Of a DNA stretch of 64,000 bases, positions 27,960 through 37,371 are shown one piece after another. The stretch is from the NCBI GenBank assembly GCA_964573395.1, contig CAZNJI010000003.1, forward strand, positions 15,951 to 79,950, in the 5' to 3' direction. Every line of letters begins with the position of its first letter. Position 1 is the first letter of the stretch. Made by a program: the position numbers and the translations under genes. Below the pieces are notes generated by a model, which searched no databases, was not told where the DNA came from, and worked only from the letters and a program-made list of their open reading frames with translations. Source of the stretch: an uncultured Candidatus Saccharibacteria bacterium (GTDB lineage Bacteria > Patescibacteriota > Minisyncoccia > Phycocordibacterales > UBA9973).

Positions 27960-28430
27960 CTAGAGCGGATCGGAATCATCGGTCCGGCGGATCGGCAAGT
28001 TGCTGATTTTCCGCTCAATGAGCCATAAGACGATGAAGATGAAGAGCGTAAAGAAGGTTGCGGCAATCGCTACGCTGTACAATCCAAACCCGCAGGCAAG
28101 CCCAATAGCAGAAGCAACCCACAGCCCGCTTGCCGTCGTGATGCCCGTTACCCGGCCCTCTCGGTGCAAAATTGCTCCTGCGCCTAAGAACCCTGCTGCG
28201 GCAACCACTTGAGCCGCCGTTCGCATTGGGTCAAAATCATACGCTGCAAACGAAGAGACGACCAGCTGGGAAATGGTTGCAAAGAGTGCTGACCCCATGG
28301 AGATGAGCGCATACGTCCGCATGCCGGCAGTCTTGTGCGCGAAGAATCGCTCGAGCCCGATAACCATGCCAAGGATCATGGCAATAAAGATGCTGATAAA
28401 GACTTCGCTATGACTGGTCAGTGTTTCCAT
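27960..28430 (-). CDS. MgtC/SapB-family membrane protein
   Basis: 156 aa, 4-5 TM. GLERFFAHKTAGMRTYALISMGSALF matches the MgtC N-domain. Confidence 0.7.
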   Translation of the reverse strand: METLTSHSEVFISIFIAMILGMVIGLERFFAHKTAGMRTYALISMGSALFATISQLVVSSFAAYDFDPMRTAAQVVAAAGFLGAGAILHREGRVTGITTASGLWVASAIGLACGFGLYSVAIAATFFTLFIFIVLWLIERKISNLPIRRTDDSDPL

Positions 28431-28450
28431 ATGATAAAAGTATACACCAC

Positions 28451-29500
28451 TTACGCGATTACTCCGCCGCCGATACAGGTGTCGCCGTCATAGAGCACCA
28501 CCGACTGCCCGGCAGTAACCGCACCGGGATGAGATTTAAAATGAATGACGGAGTCTGATACGGTACACGCAACCTTCGGCGCATGATACCGAATTTGTGC
28601 TTTGTATGTTTTTGCTTTTTCAGGCGTCAGAATCCAATTGCTCGTTTTGAGCACGAGCGCCAATGGTTCACGGGTAAATGTTTCCGGCGAATCTTTTGAA
28701 ACAGTAATGGTATTTTTTTCGACATCTTTATGGGTAACAAAATATGGCACCGATCGATCGCCTGTCGTAATCGTAAACCCGTGACGCTCTCCAATGGTGT
28801 AGAACCACGCACCGGTATGTACTCCAATGGCTTCTTTGCTCTGATTAAGAACTTTTCCTGGCTTTTGCTTGATGTAGTGACCAAGGAACTCTTTCATGTC
28901 GACGTCTCCTAAAAAGCAAATACCCTGGCTGTCTTTTTTTTGAGATGTGAACAATCCTGCCCGCGCTGCAATATTACGCACTGAAGATTTTTTCAAATGC
29001 CCAATCGGAAACAGCGCGAGAGAGAGCTGCTCTTGGCTCAACATCCAGAGAAAATACGACTGGTCTTTCGCCGCATCTACTCCGCTTTCAAGTATTGCTT
29101 TCTCGCCATGCGTTACGCGTGCATAGTGGCCAGTAGCGATAAAATCTGCCCCTTTTTCAAGTGCGAATCTTAAAAAGGATCCGAATTTAATTACCTTGTT
29201 GCAGAGCACATCAGGATTCGGAGTGCGCCCGGCTCTGTATTCTTCAATCATGTATTCAGCAACTTCTTTTTTATATTCTTCTTCGCAATCAAGAAAATGA
29301 AATGGGATACTAAGTGCAGCACACACCCGCATCGCATCGCGCTTCTCGTCTACCCAGGTGCAGGGCAGCCAATCAGGTGCCCAGGTTTTAATGAACACCC
29401 CATGGACTTCATACCCTTCTTTTTTCAGGAGATATGCGGCAACAGACGAGTCTACCCCGCCTGAAATCCCTACGAATACTTTTTGGCCGTTATTTTTCAC
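28451..29500 (-). CDS. mnmA: tRNA-specific 2-thiouridylase MnmA
   Basis: VGISGGVDSSVAAYLL (PP-loop) and the catalytic Cys region. Apparent GTG start. Confidence 0.9.
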   Translation of the reverse strand: MKNNGQKVFVGISGGVDSSVAAYLLKKEGYEVHGVFIKTWAPDWLPCTWVDEKRDAMRVCAALSIPFHFLDCEEEYKKEVAEYMIEEYRAGRTPNPDVLCNKVIKFGSFLRFALEKGADFIATGHYARVTHGEKAILESGVDAAKDQSYFLWMLSQEQLSLALFPIGHLKKSSVRNIAARAGLFTSQKKDSQGICFLGDVDMKEFLGHYIKQKPGKVLNQSKEAIGVHTGAWFYTIGERHGFTITTGDRSVPYFVTHKDVEKNTITVSKDSPETFTREPLALVLKTSNWILTPEKAKTYKAQIRYHAPKVACTVSDSVIHFKSHPGAVTAGQSVVLYDGDTCIGGGVIA

Positions 29501-29536
29501 GAAGAGATACTAGCATAAAATAAAATGCTGAGTATG

Positions 29537-30076
29537 TTATTTCAAATTCATCAGTTTTTTGAAGAGTTCGTACGTTGCGTATGCATCAGAGAATGCAGTA
29601 TGCGCTTTACTGTTTTCAATGCCGAAATACTCGCAGAGCGCGCGTAGAGAAAACTTGTTGATGTCTCCTTGGTCATAGAGCTTTGCGAACGCAATGGAAA
29701 TGGTATCAAGCCGGTGGTAGTGCATACCATTTGGAACGCCGGTTTTTCGAAACGCTCCGTCGATGAACGCAGAATCGAATGACACATTATGCGCAATCAT
29801 CACTGCGCCTTCGGTTTTTTGCGCAAACACTTTCATCGCCTCATCCAGGCTGTATGCAAAGAGCCATGCCGATTCATCATAGCCGTTTACTCGAAGCGAT
29901 TGTGGGTCGGCTGTTTCAATGTGTTCTGGCTTTACCTTCAAATCAACCTTATCAACGACTTCAAGTGTACCATTTTGGAATCGCGCAATAACTGCGCCAA
30001 GCTCTATGATTTCATATAGCTCCGGGTTGATACCGGTTGTTTCAACGTCGACGAATGCAAGTGGTTGATTAAGCAT
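29537..30076 (-). CDS. DnaQ-like (DEDDh) 3'-5' exonuclease
   Basis: FVDVETTG (exo I), HNVSFDSAFI (exo II), HTAFSDAYAT (exo III). Confidence 0.75.
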   Translation of the reverse strand: MLNQPLAFVDVETTGINPELYEIIELGAVIARFQNGTLEVVDKVDLKVKPEHIETADPQSLRVNGYDESAWLFAYSLDEAMKVFAQKTEGAVMIAHNVSFDSAFIDGAFRKTGVPNGMHYHRLDTISIAFAKLYDQGDINKFSLRALCEYFGIENSKAHTAFSDAYATYELFKKLMNLK

Positions 30077-30081
30077 GATGG

Positions 30082-31080
30082 TTAGCTTCGCGATTTTAGG
30101 TAACGCCGAATGTTTTCTAGATGTTCAGCGTACGTGCGGGCATAGTGAATAGTACCTTCTTTATCATGAAGATAAAAGAGGTACGGCGAATCAGTTGGGT
30201 GTATAGTCGCTTCAATTGCGGCAAGGCCCGGGTTTGCAATCGGCTTCGGGGGAAGCCCCTTGTTTCTATACGTGTTAAACGGGCTCTCGAGAGCCAAATC
30301 AGCTTTCGTTAATTCCGCGCTCGATTTTCCGAGCAATACGGAAAACGGCGCATCAACTTGCAGCAGCGTTCCCATATCAAACCGCTTCCAGAGGATTCCG
30401 GCGATTACGGCGCGATCTTCCGGCCCGTTCGCTTCCCGTTCGACGATTGAGGCCATAGTAATAATTTCCTCCATAGTTCTTCCCGAAGTGTCCTGATCTA
30501 GTTTTAGCTTTTCAGTCCGGCGGACAAAGTTGTTGCGGAGGGTTGTAACGACCAGATCAGGCTTTGCGTTCGGGAAGAACGAATACGTATCGGGAAAGAG
30601 ATACCCTTCGTACGGAGCCGCAAGTTCAAGGAATAACTTCGTATCAAATTCAGGGAACGTAGCGCCGAGCCGCACCGCCATGTCGCGAAAAGTAAAACCT
30701 TCCGGAAAGGTAACCTTCTTCTTTTCAATGCCAAACTGCTTGCCGGAAATCCGAAGCGCGAGCTCAAAAGCGCTTGCCGGCTTTTCGAAATAATAAAGCC
30801 CTTCGCTGATGCTTCGGTCGCTTCCCAACAAGAGCATCCAGAATTCGAACAGCCGTTCGGAACGCACCGCGCCGTCAGCCGTCAGTTCATTCGAAATTGA
30901 GAAAAGCCCCTGCCCCAATTCGATGGTGAGTTGGTACGGGCGCGGAAAAGCCTCCGGCGGACGATTGAGCGAAAGAAAATAAAAAAAGAGCGCGAAAAGA
31001 GCAACTAGTGCTCCGATGAGCATCTTTCCCCACTGCCTCGTACGCCCGCTATATGAATCTGAAAAAGACAAAGGTTCCAC
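30082..31080 (-). CDS. mltG: Endolytic murein transglycosylase MltG (YceG-like)
   Basis: An N-terminal TM helix and a YceG-like domain (...LTIPEG.T...I...LA...). 332 aa. Start uncertain: GTG at 31080 or ATG at 31023. Confidence 0.75.
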   Translation of the reverse strand: MEPLSFSDSYSGRTRQWGKMLIGALVALFALFFYFLSLNRPPEAFPRPYQLTIELGQGLFSISNELTADGAVRSERLFEFWMLLLGSDRSISEGLYYFEKPASAFELALRISGKQFGIEKKKVTFPEGFTFRDMAVRLGATFPEFDTKLFLELAAPYEGYLFPDTYSFFPNAKPDLVVTTLRNNFVRRTEKLKLDQDTSGRTMEEIITMASIVEREANGPEDRAVIAGILWKRFDMGTLLQVDAPFSVLLGKSSAELTKADLALESPFNTYRNKGLPPKPIANPGLAAIEATIHPTDSPYLFYLHDKEGTIHYARTYAEHLENIRRYLKSRS

Positions 31081-31085
31081 GATAA

Positions 31086-32354
31086 TTAAATGGGTAGATT
31101 CGCAGGAGGTTCCGCCTTCTTTGCCTCGATGCGAGTAAAGGTTGGCGTTTCTGCAACCCGCCCTGGAAGATGGTACATCGTCGCAAGCTCTTCGGTCGTT
31201 AGAATAAACGGCTTCTCCCCGTTCCTCCCCGGAGAAGTAAAGTAGCTTTTAATGTCAAAAAAATCAAACGGCCGATAAAAGAAATATCTTTTTTTATACG
31301 CTGAAAGAAGCTTTGCTTTCTTTTCTATGATTCTATTACCCAACAGATCCTGCCAGGGAAAATCAAACGCCGTCGGTCCTTCCGGCTTGAATCCGTTCAA
31401 TTCGCTTGAGTTGTACTGGCGAACGGCACCAGTCAATCCTGCGATCATGTCTGCATTAAAATTTTCCTTCTTCGCCAAATAAATCGCCCGAATGCCGGCA
31501 TCGAAGCCGAATTTGTTCAAATTCCTCTCGATCGATTCGATTATGGCGCTTTGCCCCCTTGTCTCGCGAACCGTGGTCGTTACATCGCCGTCCTTCTGAG
31601 TGGTCATTTCTTTTCGAAGCTTTTTAATGAGCGCGCGTGCGCTGTCTTTCCATGATTTGCCTGATTCTTCTTCTCCTTTGTCGTTCTTTACCGTGAACCG
31701 GCTGGTATCGGCGCGAACAATGATTTGGAACCACACCTGCTCTCCCGCGCCGATGGAGCCCATGTATTCAAGTGTTGGAGTAATCGGATCGATGCGTTCC
31801 TCTTCTTCAAGAGAACCGACCGCTCTATCAAGGCCGTAGTCAACATACGTCTTTATGGGGTACGCATCTTCCTTCGTGAGAACGAATCGGCATCCCCACA
31901 AACTTAAGTCGGCATGCTTCGTAAATTCCGGAACTTGCAGCGTGTAATCGGGCACTTCTTTCACTTCTGCCTGCGGATATTGCGCGTAAATTTGCGTCTC
32001 GATTATTTTCTGGAATTTCGCATTTGTCCGGATGAAAAAGCGGATCTTCCCCTCGACTGAAACGATTTCCAGGGAAAAGTAGTTGCGAAGGTTTCCTTTC
32101 CAGTATTTGTCAAAAAAATTTCCCGTGCCTCCCGTTTGATAGAGCGCATTGAGCATCAGCTCCATGGCAACTGGTGATTTAAAAACATCTTTGGGCGGCT
32201 TTATTTCAAGCAGAACCCATTTAATGCCGTTGAGAAAAAGCGTATTAATGTAGCTCACCCACAAATTCCATGCAATAACGACCAGCACCGGTACGGCGAT
32301 AAAAATGGCGATTTGGTTCAGGAAACTGCCGAATCCTGAAGAAAATTCTTGCAT
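31086..32354 (-). CDS. Hypothetical N-terminally membrane-anchored protein
   Basis: 422 aa with a TM helix at residues ~14-35. No recognisable domain. Confidence 0.45.
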   Translation of the reverse strand: MQEFSSGFGSFLNQIAIFIAVPVLVVIAWNLWVSYINTLFLNGIKWVLLEIKPPKDVFKSPVAMELMLNALYQTGGTGNFFDKYWKGNLRNYFSLEIVSVEGKIRFFIRTNAKFQKIIETQIYAQYPQAEVKEVPDYTLQVPEFTKHADLSLWGCRFVLTKEDAYPIKTYVDYGLDRAVGSLEEEERIDPITPTLEYMGSIGAGEQVWFQIIVRADTSRFTVKNDKGEEESGKSWKDSARALIKKLRKEMTTQKDGDVTTTVRETRGQSAIIESIERNLNKFGFDAGIRAIYLAKKENFNADMIAGLTGAVRQYNSSELNGFKPEGPTAFDFPWQDLLGNRIIEKKAKLLSAYKKRYFFYRPFDFFDIKSYFTSPGRNGEKPFILTTEELATMYHLPGRVAETPTFTRIEAKKAEPPANLPI

Positions 32355-32381
32355 AGCTAGTAGTATACCAGACGAGCGAGC

Positions 32382-32918
32382 TTACTTTTTAAACTGAATC
32401 GGAATGCGAACCGTCTTTGGCGGCGTGCGGGCAAGATCAGGATGCGTTAAGACGACAAAGCCCGTTTTGGTGGTCGGAAGCATTGAAAGGTTAATGACCG
32501 CATTGAATTCTTGGATGCCGTCCGGCGTGCTTCCCGAAACGCCCGCAACCCTCTCTCCTGCCGGAATCGGCCGAAGGTCACTTAACGGCTTTCCCGCTGA
32601 GTCAATCACTTGTGCATAGAGCGCAACGCCGTTTACCGGAAGCCATTGACATGCGCCGACCGTGCCGGAAACTGGCACGGTAGTGGTAATAACCTGCAAA
32701 CCTTTCGGCGCAAAAACAGCAAGGCCACACTCGCTCGGTGCGGGCGTTTCCGTCACTGTGTCTTTCGCATTATTACTTTGCGTGCTTGTTCCTGCCGTGT
32801 CTTGAGAAGGAAACAAATTTGCCAGAAGCGTGAGCGCAAGAAGAACGACAACAATGATGACGATCGGGTCATGACCCCCGAAGATTCCACTTGGTTGCGG
32901 CGCCTTTTCGTCAGCCAT
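32382..32918 (-). CDS. Hypothetical membrane-anchored protein
   Basis: 178 aa with an N-terminal TM helix and a Thr/Val-rich extracytoplasmic region. Confidence 0.4.
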   Translation of the reverse strand: MADEKAPQPSGIFGGHDPIVIIVVVLLALTLLANLFPSQDTAGTSTQSNNAKDTVTETPAPSECGLAVFAPKGLQVITTTVPVSGTVGACQWLPVNGVALYAQVIDSAGKPLSDLRPIPAGERVAGVSGSTPDGIQEFNAVINLSMLPTTKTGFVVLTHPDLARTPPKTVRIPIQFKK

Positions 32919-32920
32919 AC

Positions 32921-33946
32921 TTATGCCGGGCTATATTTGCCCTCATCGCTCTTTTTGAAATATTTTGCGTTCTGCAGATTGACGATGATGGTGTTCCGCT
33001 TTAAGAAGCGCTCTTTCAGCACGCGATCAATGATTTCTTCTTTCGTCAGCGGCCCCTCTTTTTCCAGGATTTCGCGAATGACGTCTCGCACCACGCCTGG
33101 CTTGTATCCCCATTCAGCGAGCGCGTAGTAGCCGCGGCCGACCAGAACGAAACGAGGATCTTTAATGAGTTCGTTGTGGCAGGTTGCAACGTGCGTCTTT
33201 TTGTTGAACGTATCGCTGATCGCTTTTGCAACTTCTCGGAAGTGCATCGGAGAGCCGTGCTTTTTCATGATAAGGTACGCGTAGTCTTTGATGCCGCGCG
33301 TCTTTACGTTCTGCGAGTCGGCAGGGCCCCATTCGCCGAGCGGATTCTTTGCGATGCGCTTTGAAATGGAAAGCCAGCGTCGGGCGATTTCTTCGTTTTT
33401 ATACTGCTCGGAAACGTTGGAAAGTTCCTCTATGAATCGGCTAATCAGGTCGTTTTCCGCCAAAAGTTCTCGGTCTGATATGTTCTGATAAATAGCATGC
33501 AGCGCTTCGTGGATCATTTCAGAAATTTCTTCGTCAATCGTCCAGCGGGATTTGAAATGAGGGTCTTCCTTCAGTTTTTTGAATTCATCGCCGAGCACCA
33601 AGTAGAAATGAATGTGGTTCTGCACTGACTTGTCTTTTGAAAGCGCGGTTAAAAGCTCCTCTTCGTGCACCATCACGCCGAGCGAATCAATGACGCTTTT
33701 GAGTTCTTGGAACGTTTTGTGTTCGCTCTTAAACGCCTCGCTTTTTCGAATAGCGTTCAAAGCCGCGTTTTCAATCTGCCGTACGCGTTCTCGAGTGATG
33801 CCGTATTTCTTCCCAATCGCCTCAAGCGTTTTCGGTTCTCCATCGCCAAGACCATACCGGTTGACGATAATGTCGTGCGCACGATCTTGCAGCTCTGAAA
33901 GCAGACGCTTGGTGACTTGTTTCGGTTTGAAATTGACTGAAGGCAT
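32921..33946 (-). CDS. Sigma-70 region-4-like HTH fused to a C-terminal HARE-HTH domain protein
   Basis: LEAIGKKYGITRERVRQIENAALNAIRK matches sigma-70 region 4.2. The C-terminal HFREVAKAIS...DPRFVLVGRGYYALAEWGY resembles the HARE-HTH of the RNAP delta subunit. ATG at 33946. Confidence 0.5.
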   Translation of the reverse strand: MPSVNFKPKQVTKRLLSELQDRAHDIIVNRYGLGDGEPKTLEAIGKKYGITRERVRQIENAALNAIRKSEAFKSEHKTFQELKSVIDSLGVMVHEEELLTALSKDKSVQNHIHFYLVLGDEFKKLKEDPHFKSRWTIDEEISEMIHEALHAIYQNISDRELLAENDLISRFIEELSNVSEQYKNEEIARRWLSISKRIAKNPLGEWGPADSQNVKTRGIKDYAYLIMKKHGSPMHFREVAKAISDTFNKKTHVATCHNELIKDPRFVLVGRGYYALAEWGYKPGVVRDVIREILEKEGPLTKEEIIDRVLKERFLKRNTIIVNLQNAKYFKKSDEGKYSPA

Positions 33947-34010
33947 GTGTGTTTTGGTTAATTTGTATAAGTTGATAGTATCATGCTTGCAAGAAAAGTC
34001 AACATATCCC

Positions 34011-35078
34011 CTAGCCAATCCGCTTGATGTCTTGGATAGTAAGCGCGATCATGAGTGCAATCAGGAGCATGAATCCGATGATGTGGATGATGCCGACAAC
34101 TTCCTGGCTAAATTTCCTTCGGGTAACCGCTTCAAGGCCAAGAATAAGGAGCCGGCCGCCATCGAGCGCCGGAAACGGAATCAGGTTCAACACGGCCAAG
34201 TTAAGCGATATGAGCGCTACGAATGAGAGGAAGTAGCTGATGCCGACGCTTGCCGCCTCTGAAACCGCCCCGGCAAGCCCCACCGGACCGATGAACGCCT
34301 CAAGCCCGCCCTTTCCCTGCACCAGCGTTGCAATCAAGTTTCCAAAAGCAACAACAACGCTTTTCGTAATGAGCACGGATTCCTTCAACCCAACCCACAT
34401 CGCCTTGAACGGAGAGAGTGTTATGACCGCTATCGGTTCAGCCGCAATGCCAATGGAACGAGTGCCGTTTTCCGAATCTATGGCCGGAATGATGGGAATG
34501 AGTTCCAGTTTTCCTTCCCGTTCTACGGTCAGCTGAATTTTGCTTTGCGTTTCGGAATTTTGCAGCAGCGAACGGATATCTTCGGTGTGCGGATTTTCTA
34601 TCACCGTACCGGCAGAGCGAATTTCAATGATGCGATCGTGCAACCGGATTCCCGCATCTTCAGCCGGAGATTTCGGCAGAACGCTGATAACTTCCGGCGT
34701 GCCTTCAGGTACTACTTGCGGCACGCCGATCATGAATGCGGCTGAAAGCAGGATCCAGCCGAGCAGAAAATTGCAAACCACGCCCGCCACCAGCACCAGC
34801 GCCTGTTGGTACCGAGGGCGATTTAAAAAGAGCCGCTCAGGAGCAACGTCGGTTCGCGGTTCGATGGTGTTTTCTCCCGCAATCTTCACGAACCCGCCGA
34901 TCGGCAGCGCGTTCAATGAAAAGGTGGTTTCCTTTCCCTTCCAGCTCGCAACCTTCGGCGGAATGCCGAAACCGAATTCATCAACCTTCATGCCGGAGCG
35001 CCGCGCGGCAAAGTAATGCCCCCATTCATGAACGAGCACCGTGATTAAAAGCACTGCAATAAAAATAATGGCCGTCAT
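34011..35078 (-). CDS. rseP: Site-2 protease RseP (M50 zinc metalloprotease)
   Basis: HEWGHYFAAR (HExxH) in a TM helix, a PDZ region and C-terminal TM helices. Confidence 0.8.
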   Translation of the reverse strand: MTAIIFIAVLLITVLVHEWGHYFAARRSGMKVDEFGFGIPPKVASWKGKETTFSLNALPIGGFVKIAGENTIEPRTDVAPERLFLNRPRYQQALVLVAGVVCNFLLGWILLSAAFMIGVPQVVPEGTPEVISVLPKSPAEDAGIRLHDRIIEIRSAGTVIENPHTEDIRSLLQNSETQSKIQLTVEREGKLELIPIIPAIDSENGTRSIGIAAEPIAVITLSPFKAMWVGLKESVLITKSVVVAFGNLIATLVQGKGGLEAFIGPVGLAGAVSEAASVGISYFLSFVALISLNLAVLNLIPFPALDGGRLLILGLEAVTRRKFSQEVVGIIHIIGFMLLIALMIALTIQDIKRIG

Positions 35079-35080
35079 CG

Positions 35081-35617
35081 CTAGTTCAGAATTTCTTCCT
35101 CTTTTCTTTCAAACATTTTTTCAAGATTTCCGTTTCCGCCGTCGACAAGCTTCTGCAGATCGTCTTTTGCTTTAAAGAGAGCGTCTTCAGGAAGCCCGCC
35201 GTCCTTGATTCGAGCCAGCTCGTTTTCGCGAATTTGCCGAAGCTGGATGCGCGCGTCTTCCAAGCGTTCTTTCGCTACCTTCACCAGCTGCGCGCGGCGC
35301 TCGGTAGTGAGCTGCGGCACGATTACCCTGATTCCCTGGTCATCCACCGCGATTGAAAATCCCAGCTGCGATGCATGGAGCGCCCGCTCGACTTCCTTAA
35401 TGAGATTCTTATCCCACGGAGCAACGCGAAGCGTTCGGGGGTCTTCGATGGCGATTGAGGAAACGTTCTTAATGGGCATGAACGATCCGTATGACTCGAC
35501 CTGCACGTGGTCAAGGAGCGCCGGCGCCGCGCGGCCGGTATGGAGCTGCTGGTACTCCTTCTGAAGCCATTCTTCAATTCGCTTCACCTCAGACTGAAAA
35601 TTTCCAAATGAATGCAT
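35081..35617 (-). CDS. frr: Ribosome recycling factor
   Basis: ...LHTGRAAPALLDHVQVESYGSFMPIKNVSSIAIEDPRTLRVAPWDKNLIKEVERA.... ATG at 35617. Confidence 0.9.
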   Translation of the reverse strand: MHSFGNFQSEVKRIEEWLQKEYQQLHTGRAAPALLDHVQVESYGSFMPIKNVSSIAIEDPRTLRVAPWDKNLIKEVERALHASQLGFSIAVDDQGIRVIVPQLTTERRAQLVKVAKERLEDARIQLRQIRENELARIKDGGLPEDALFKAKDDLQKLVDGGNGNLEKMFERKEEEILN

Positions 35618-35637
35618 GGGGCGAGTATAACACAGGG

Positions 35638-36273
35638 TTACGGCCGAAGCGCGGTAACGACATATTCCATGACCTGCTTCGGAGAAAGGTTGCCCTCTGT
35701 CAGCCATTTTTTTGCTTCATACAAGAAGCGAAGCTGCTCTCCGTCTTTTGCATTCTTTTCTTTCAATAATCGTTCGTATTGGTCAAGGAGCGTCAGCGCT
35801 TCATACTTTCGGGCTTCGATTTCTCCTTCCCCCGCGAATGCCTCCTTAATATGAGCAAGTTGCGCTGCCTCCGGAAGAGAAGTGAAATCTTTTTTGCCGG
35901 ACTGAGCGCCTTCTTCGCCATTCATAAATAGGAGCGCCCTTGAGCGTATCGTTTCCGGCAACAGAAGCGGCCATGGCGTAATGAGGCAGAAGCGTATCTC
36001 TTCGCCCGGCTCTTCAAGCGTTTTTAAGAGCGCCTGGTGCGCTTCCGGGGTCATCACGCCGAAGCTTGCAATAATATAGTATGGCCGATCGCGCCGTTCG
36101 CTATTGAGCGAAACGAGCGAATGCGCATGTTCCAGGGAAAGCTTCGGTTCAGTGAGCAGGTAGGTTTCAAAGTCATGGCTTTCGAGCAATTCAGAAAGCT
36201 CTCCGCCGCTTGCAAGGCCCCCCTTAAAGATGAACACTTTGTTATGCGGATGTTGGGTGATGGCGGTGTGCAT
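35638..36273 (-). CDS. DNA polymerase III delta'-like clamp-loader subunit, short/degenerate
   Basis: Contains ALLKTLEEPGEEIRFCLIT (clamp-loader sensor-1/box VII), but no canonical Walker A upstream. About 211 aa. Confidence 0.5.
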   Translation of the reverse strand: MHTAITQHPHNKVFIFKGGLASGGELSELLESHDFETYLLTEPKLSLEHAHSLVSLNSERRDRPYYIIASFGVMTPEAHQALLKTLEEPGEEIRFCLITPWPLLLPETIRSRALLFMNGEEGAQSGKKDFTSLPEAAQLAHIKEAFAGEGEIEARKYEALTLLDQYERLLKEKNAKDGEQLRFLYEAKKWLTEGNLSPKQVMEYVVTALRP

Positions 36274-36274
36274 G

Positions 36275-37294
36275 TTATTTTTTCGAAAGCATCGAGCGCT
36301 TATACGCATCCAGGTGCTCAAGCGCAATACCGGTTCCTTTCGCAACGCAGTACAGCGCTTCGTCTGCCAGGCGGACCCGAACGCCGGTTTGCTGTTCGAT
36401 CAGCTGGGTCAGGTTGCGCAGCTGGCTCGTGCCGCCCGTCATGATGATTCCATGATCGATAATGTCAGAGGCGAGCTCGGGAGGAGTTTGCTGCAGCACG
36501 TGCTTAATCGCTTTTACCATTTGCTTCAGTTCCGCATCGATGGCGCGGGCGAGTTCGTTCGTCGTTACTTGCACCGTTTTCGGAAGCCCTTCAATCAGAT
36601 CGCGCCCTTTCACCTGCTGTTTTTCATCTTTTACTACCGGCATGGCCGATGCATGGGAAATTTTCAGTTCTTCTGCCGTTTTGTCTCCGATTGAAAGCCC
36701 GTGCGTCCGCCGCAGGTAATCGACGATTGCCTGATCGATTTTGTTCCCCGCGCACTTTACCGAAGTGCAGGCAACGATGCCGCCGAGCGAAATCACGGCC
36801 ACGTCGGTGGTGCCACCGCCAATGTCGACGATCATGAATCCACGGGATTGATTGATCGGAATCCCTGCGCCGATTGCCGCAAGAATCGGCTCTTTCACGA
36901 TTACCGCGCTTTTTGCTCCGGCGCGAATGGTTGCCTCAACCACCGCGCGGCGCTCGGTTGAAGTGATACCGGCAGGAACGGAGACCAATACATCCGGCTT
37001 GAACCAGTGGAATTTTCCGAGCGCCTTGTTAATGAAATGGCGGAGCATTGCCTCCGTCACGCGGTAGTCCGCAATGACGCCGTCTTGCATCGGCCGGTAG
37101 ACGATGACCGTATCGGGAGTTTTTCCGACCATATCCTTCGCTTCGCCGCCGATCGCCAAAATGCGATTCGTCTCGCGCGAAACGGCAACGATCGACGGCT
37201 CGTTCAAGATAATCCCCTTTCCGGAAGCATAGACGAGGCAGTTGGCAGTTCCCAAGTCTATGCCGATTTTTTTGTGCCACGGCAATTGAAACAT
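36275..37294 (-). CDS. mreB: Rod-shape determining protein MreB
   Basis: IGIDLGTANCLVY...NEPSIVAV and actin-fold motifs throughout. Confidence 0.9.
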   Translation of the reverse strand: MFQLPWHKKIGIDLGTANCLVYASGKGIILNEPSIVAVSRETNRILAIGGEAKDMVGKTPDTVIVYRPMQDGVIADYRVTEAMLRHFINKALGKFHWFKPDVLVSVPAGITSTERRAVVEATIRAGAKSAVIVKEPILAAIGAGIPINQSRGFMIVDIGGGTTDVAVISLGGIVACTSVKCAGNKIDQAIVDYLRRTHGLSIGDKTAEELKISHASAMPVVKDEKQQVKGRDLIEGLPKTVQVTTNELARAIDAELKQMVKAIKHVLQQTPPELASDIIDHGIIMTGGTSQLRNLTQLIEQQTGVRVRLADEALYCVAKGTGIALEHLDAYKRSMLSKK

Positions 37295-37371
37295 GTGTCC
37301 AAAGTATACGGTTCGGGCCGAAAGTTTCAACCTTGCTTTCAAGTTTTTGCAGTTAACCGTACACTAGACAC

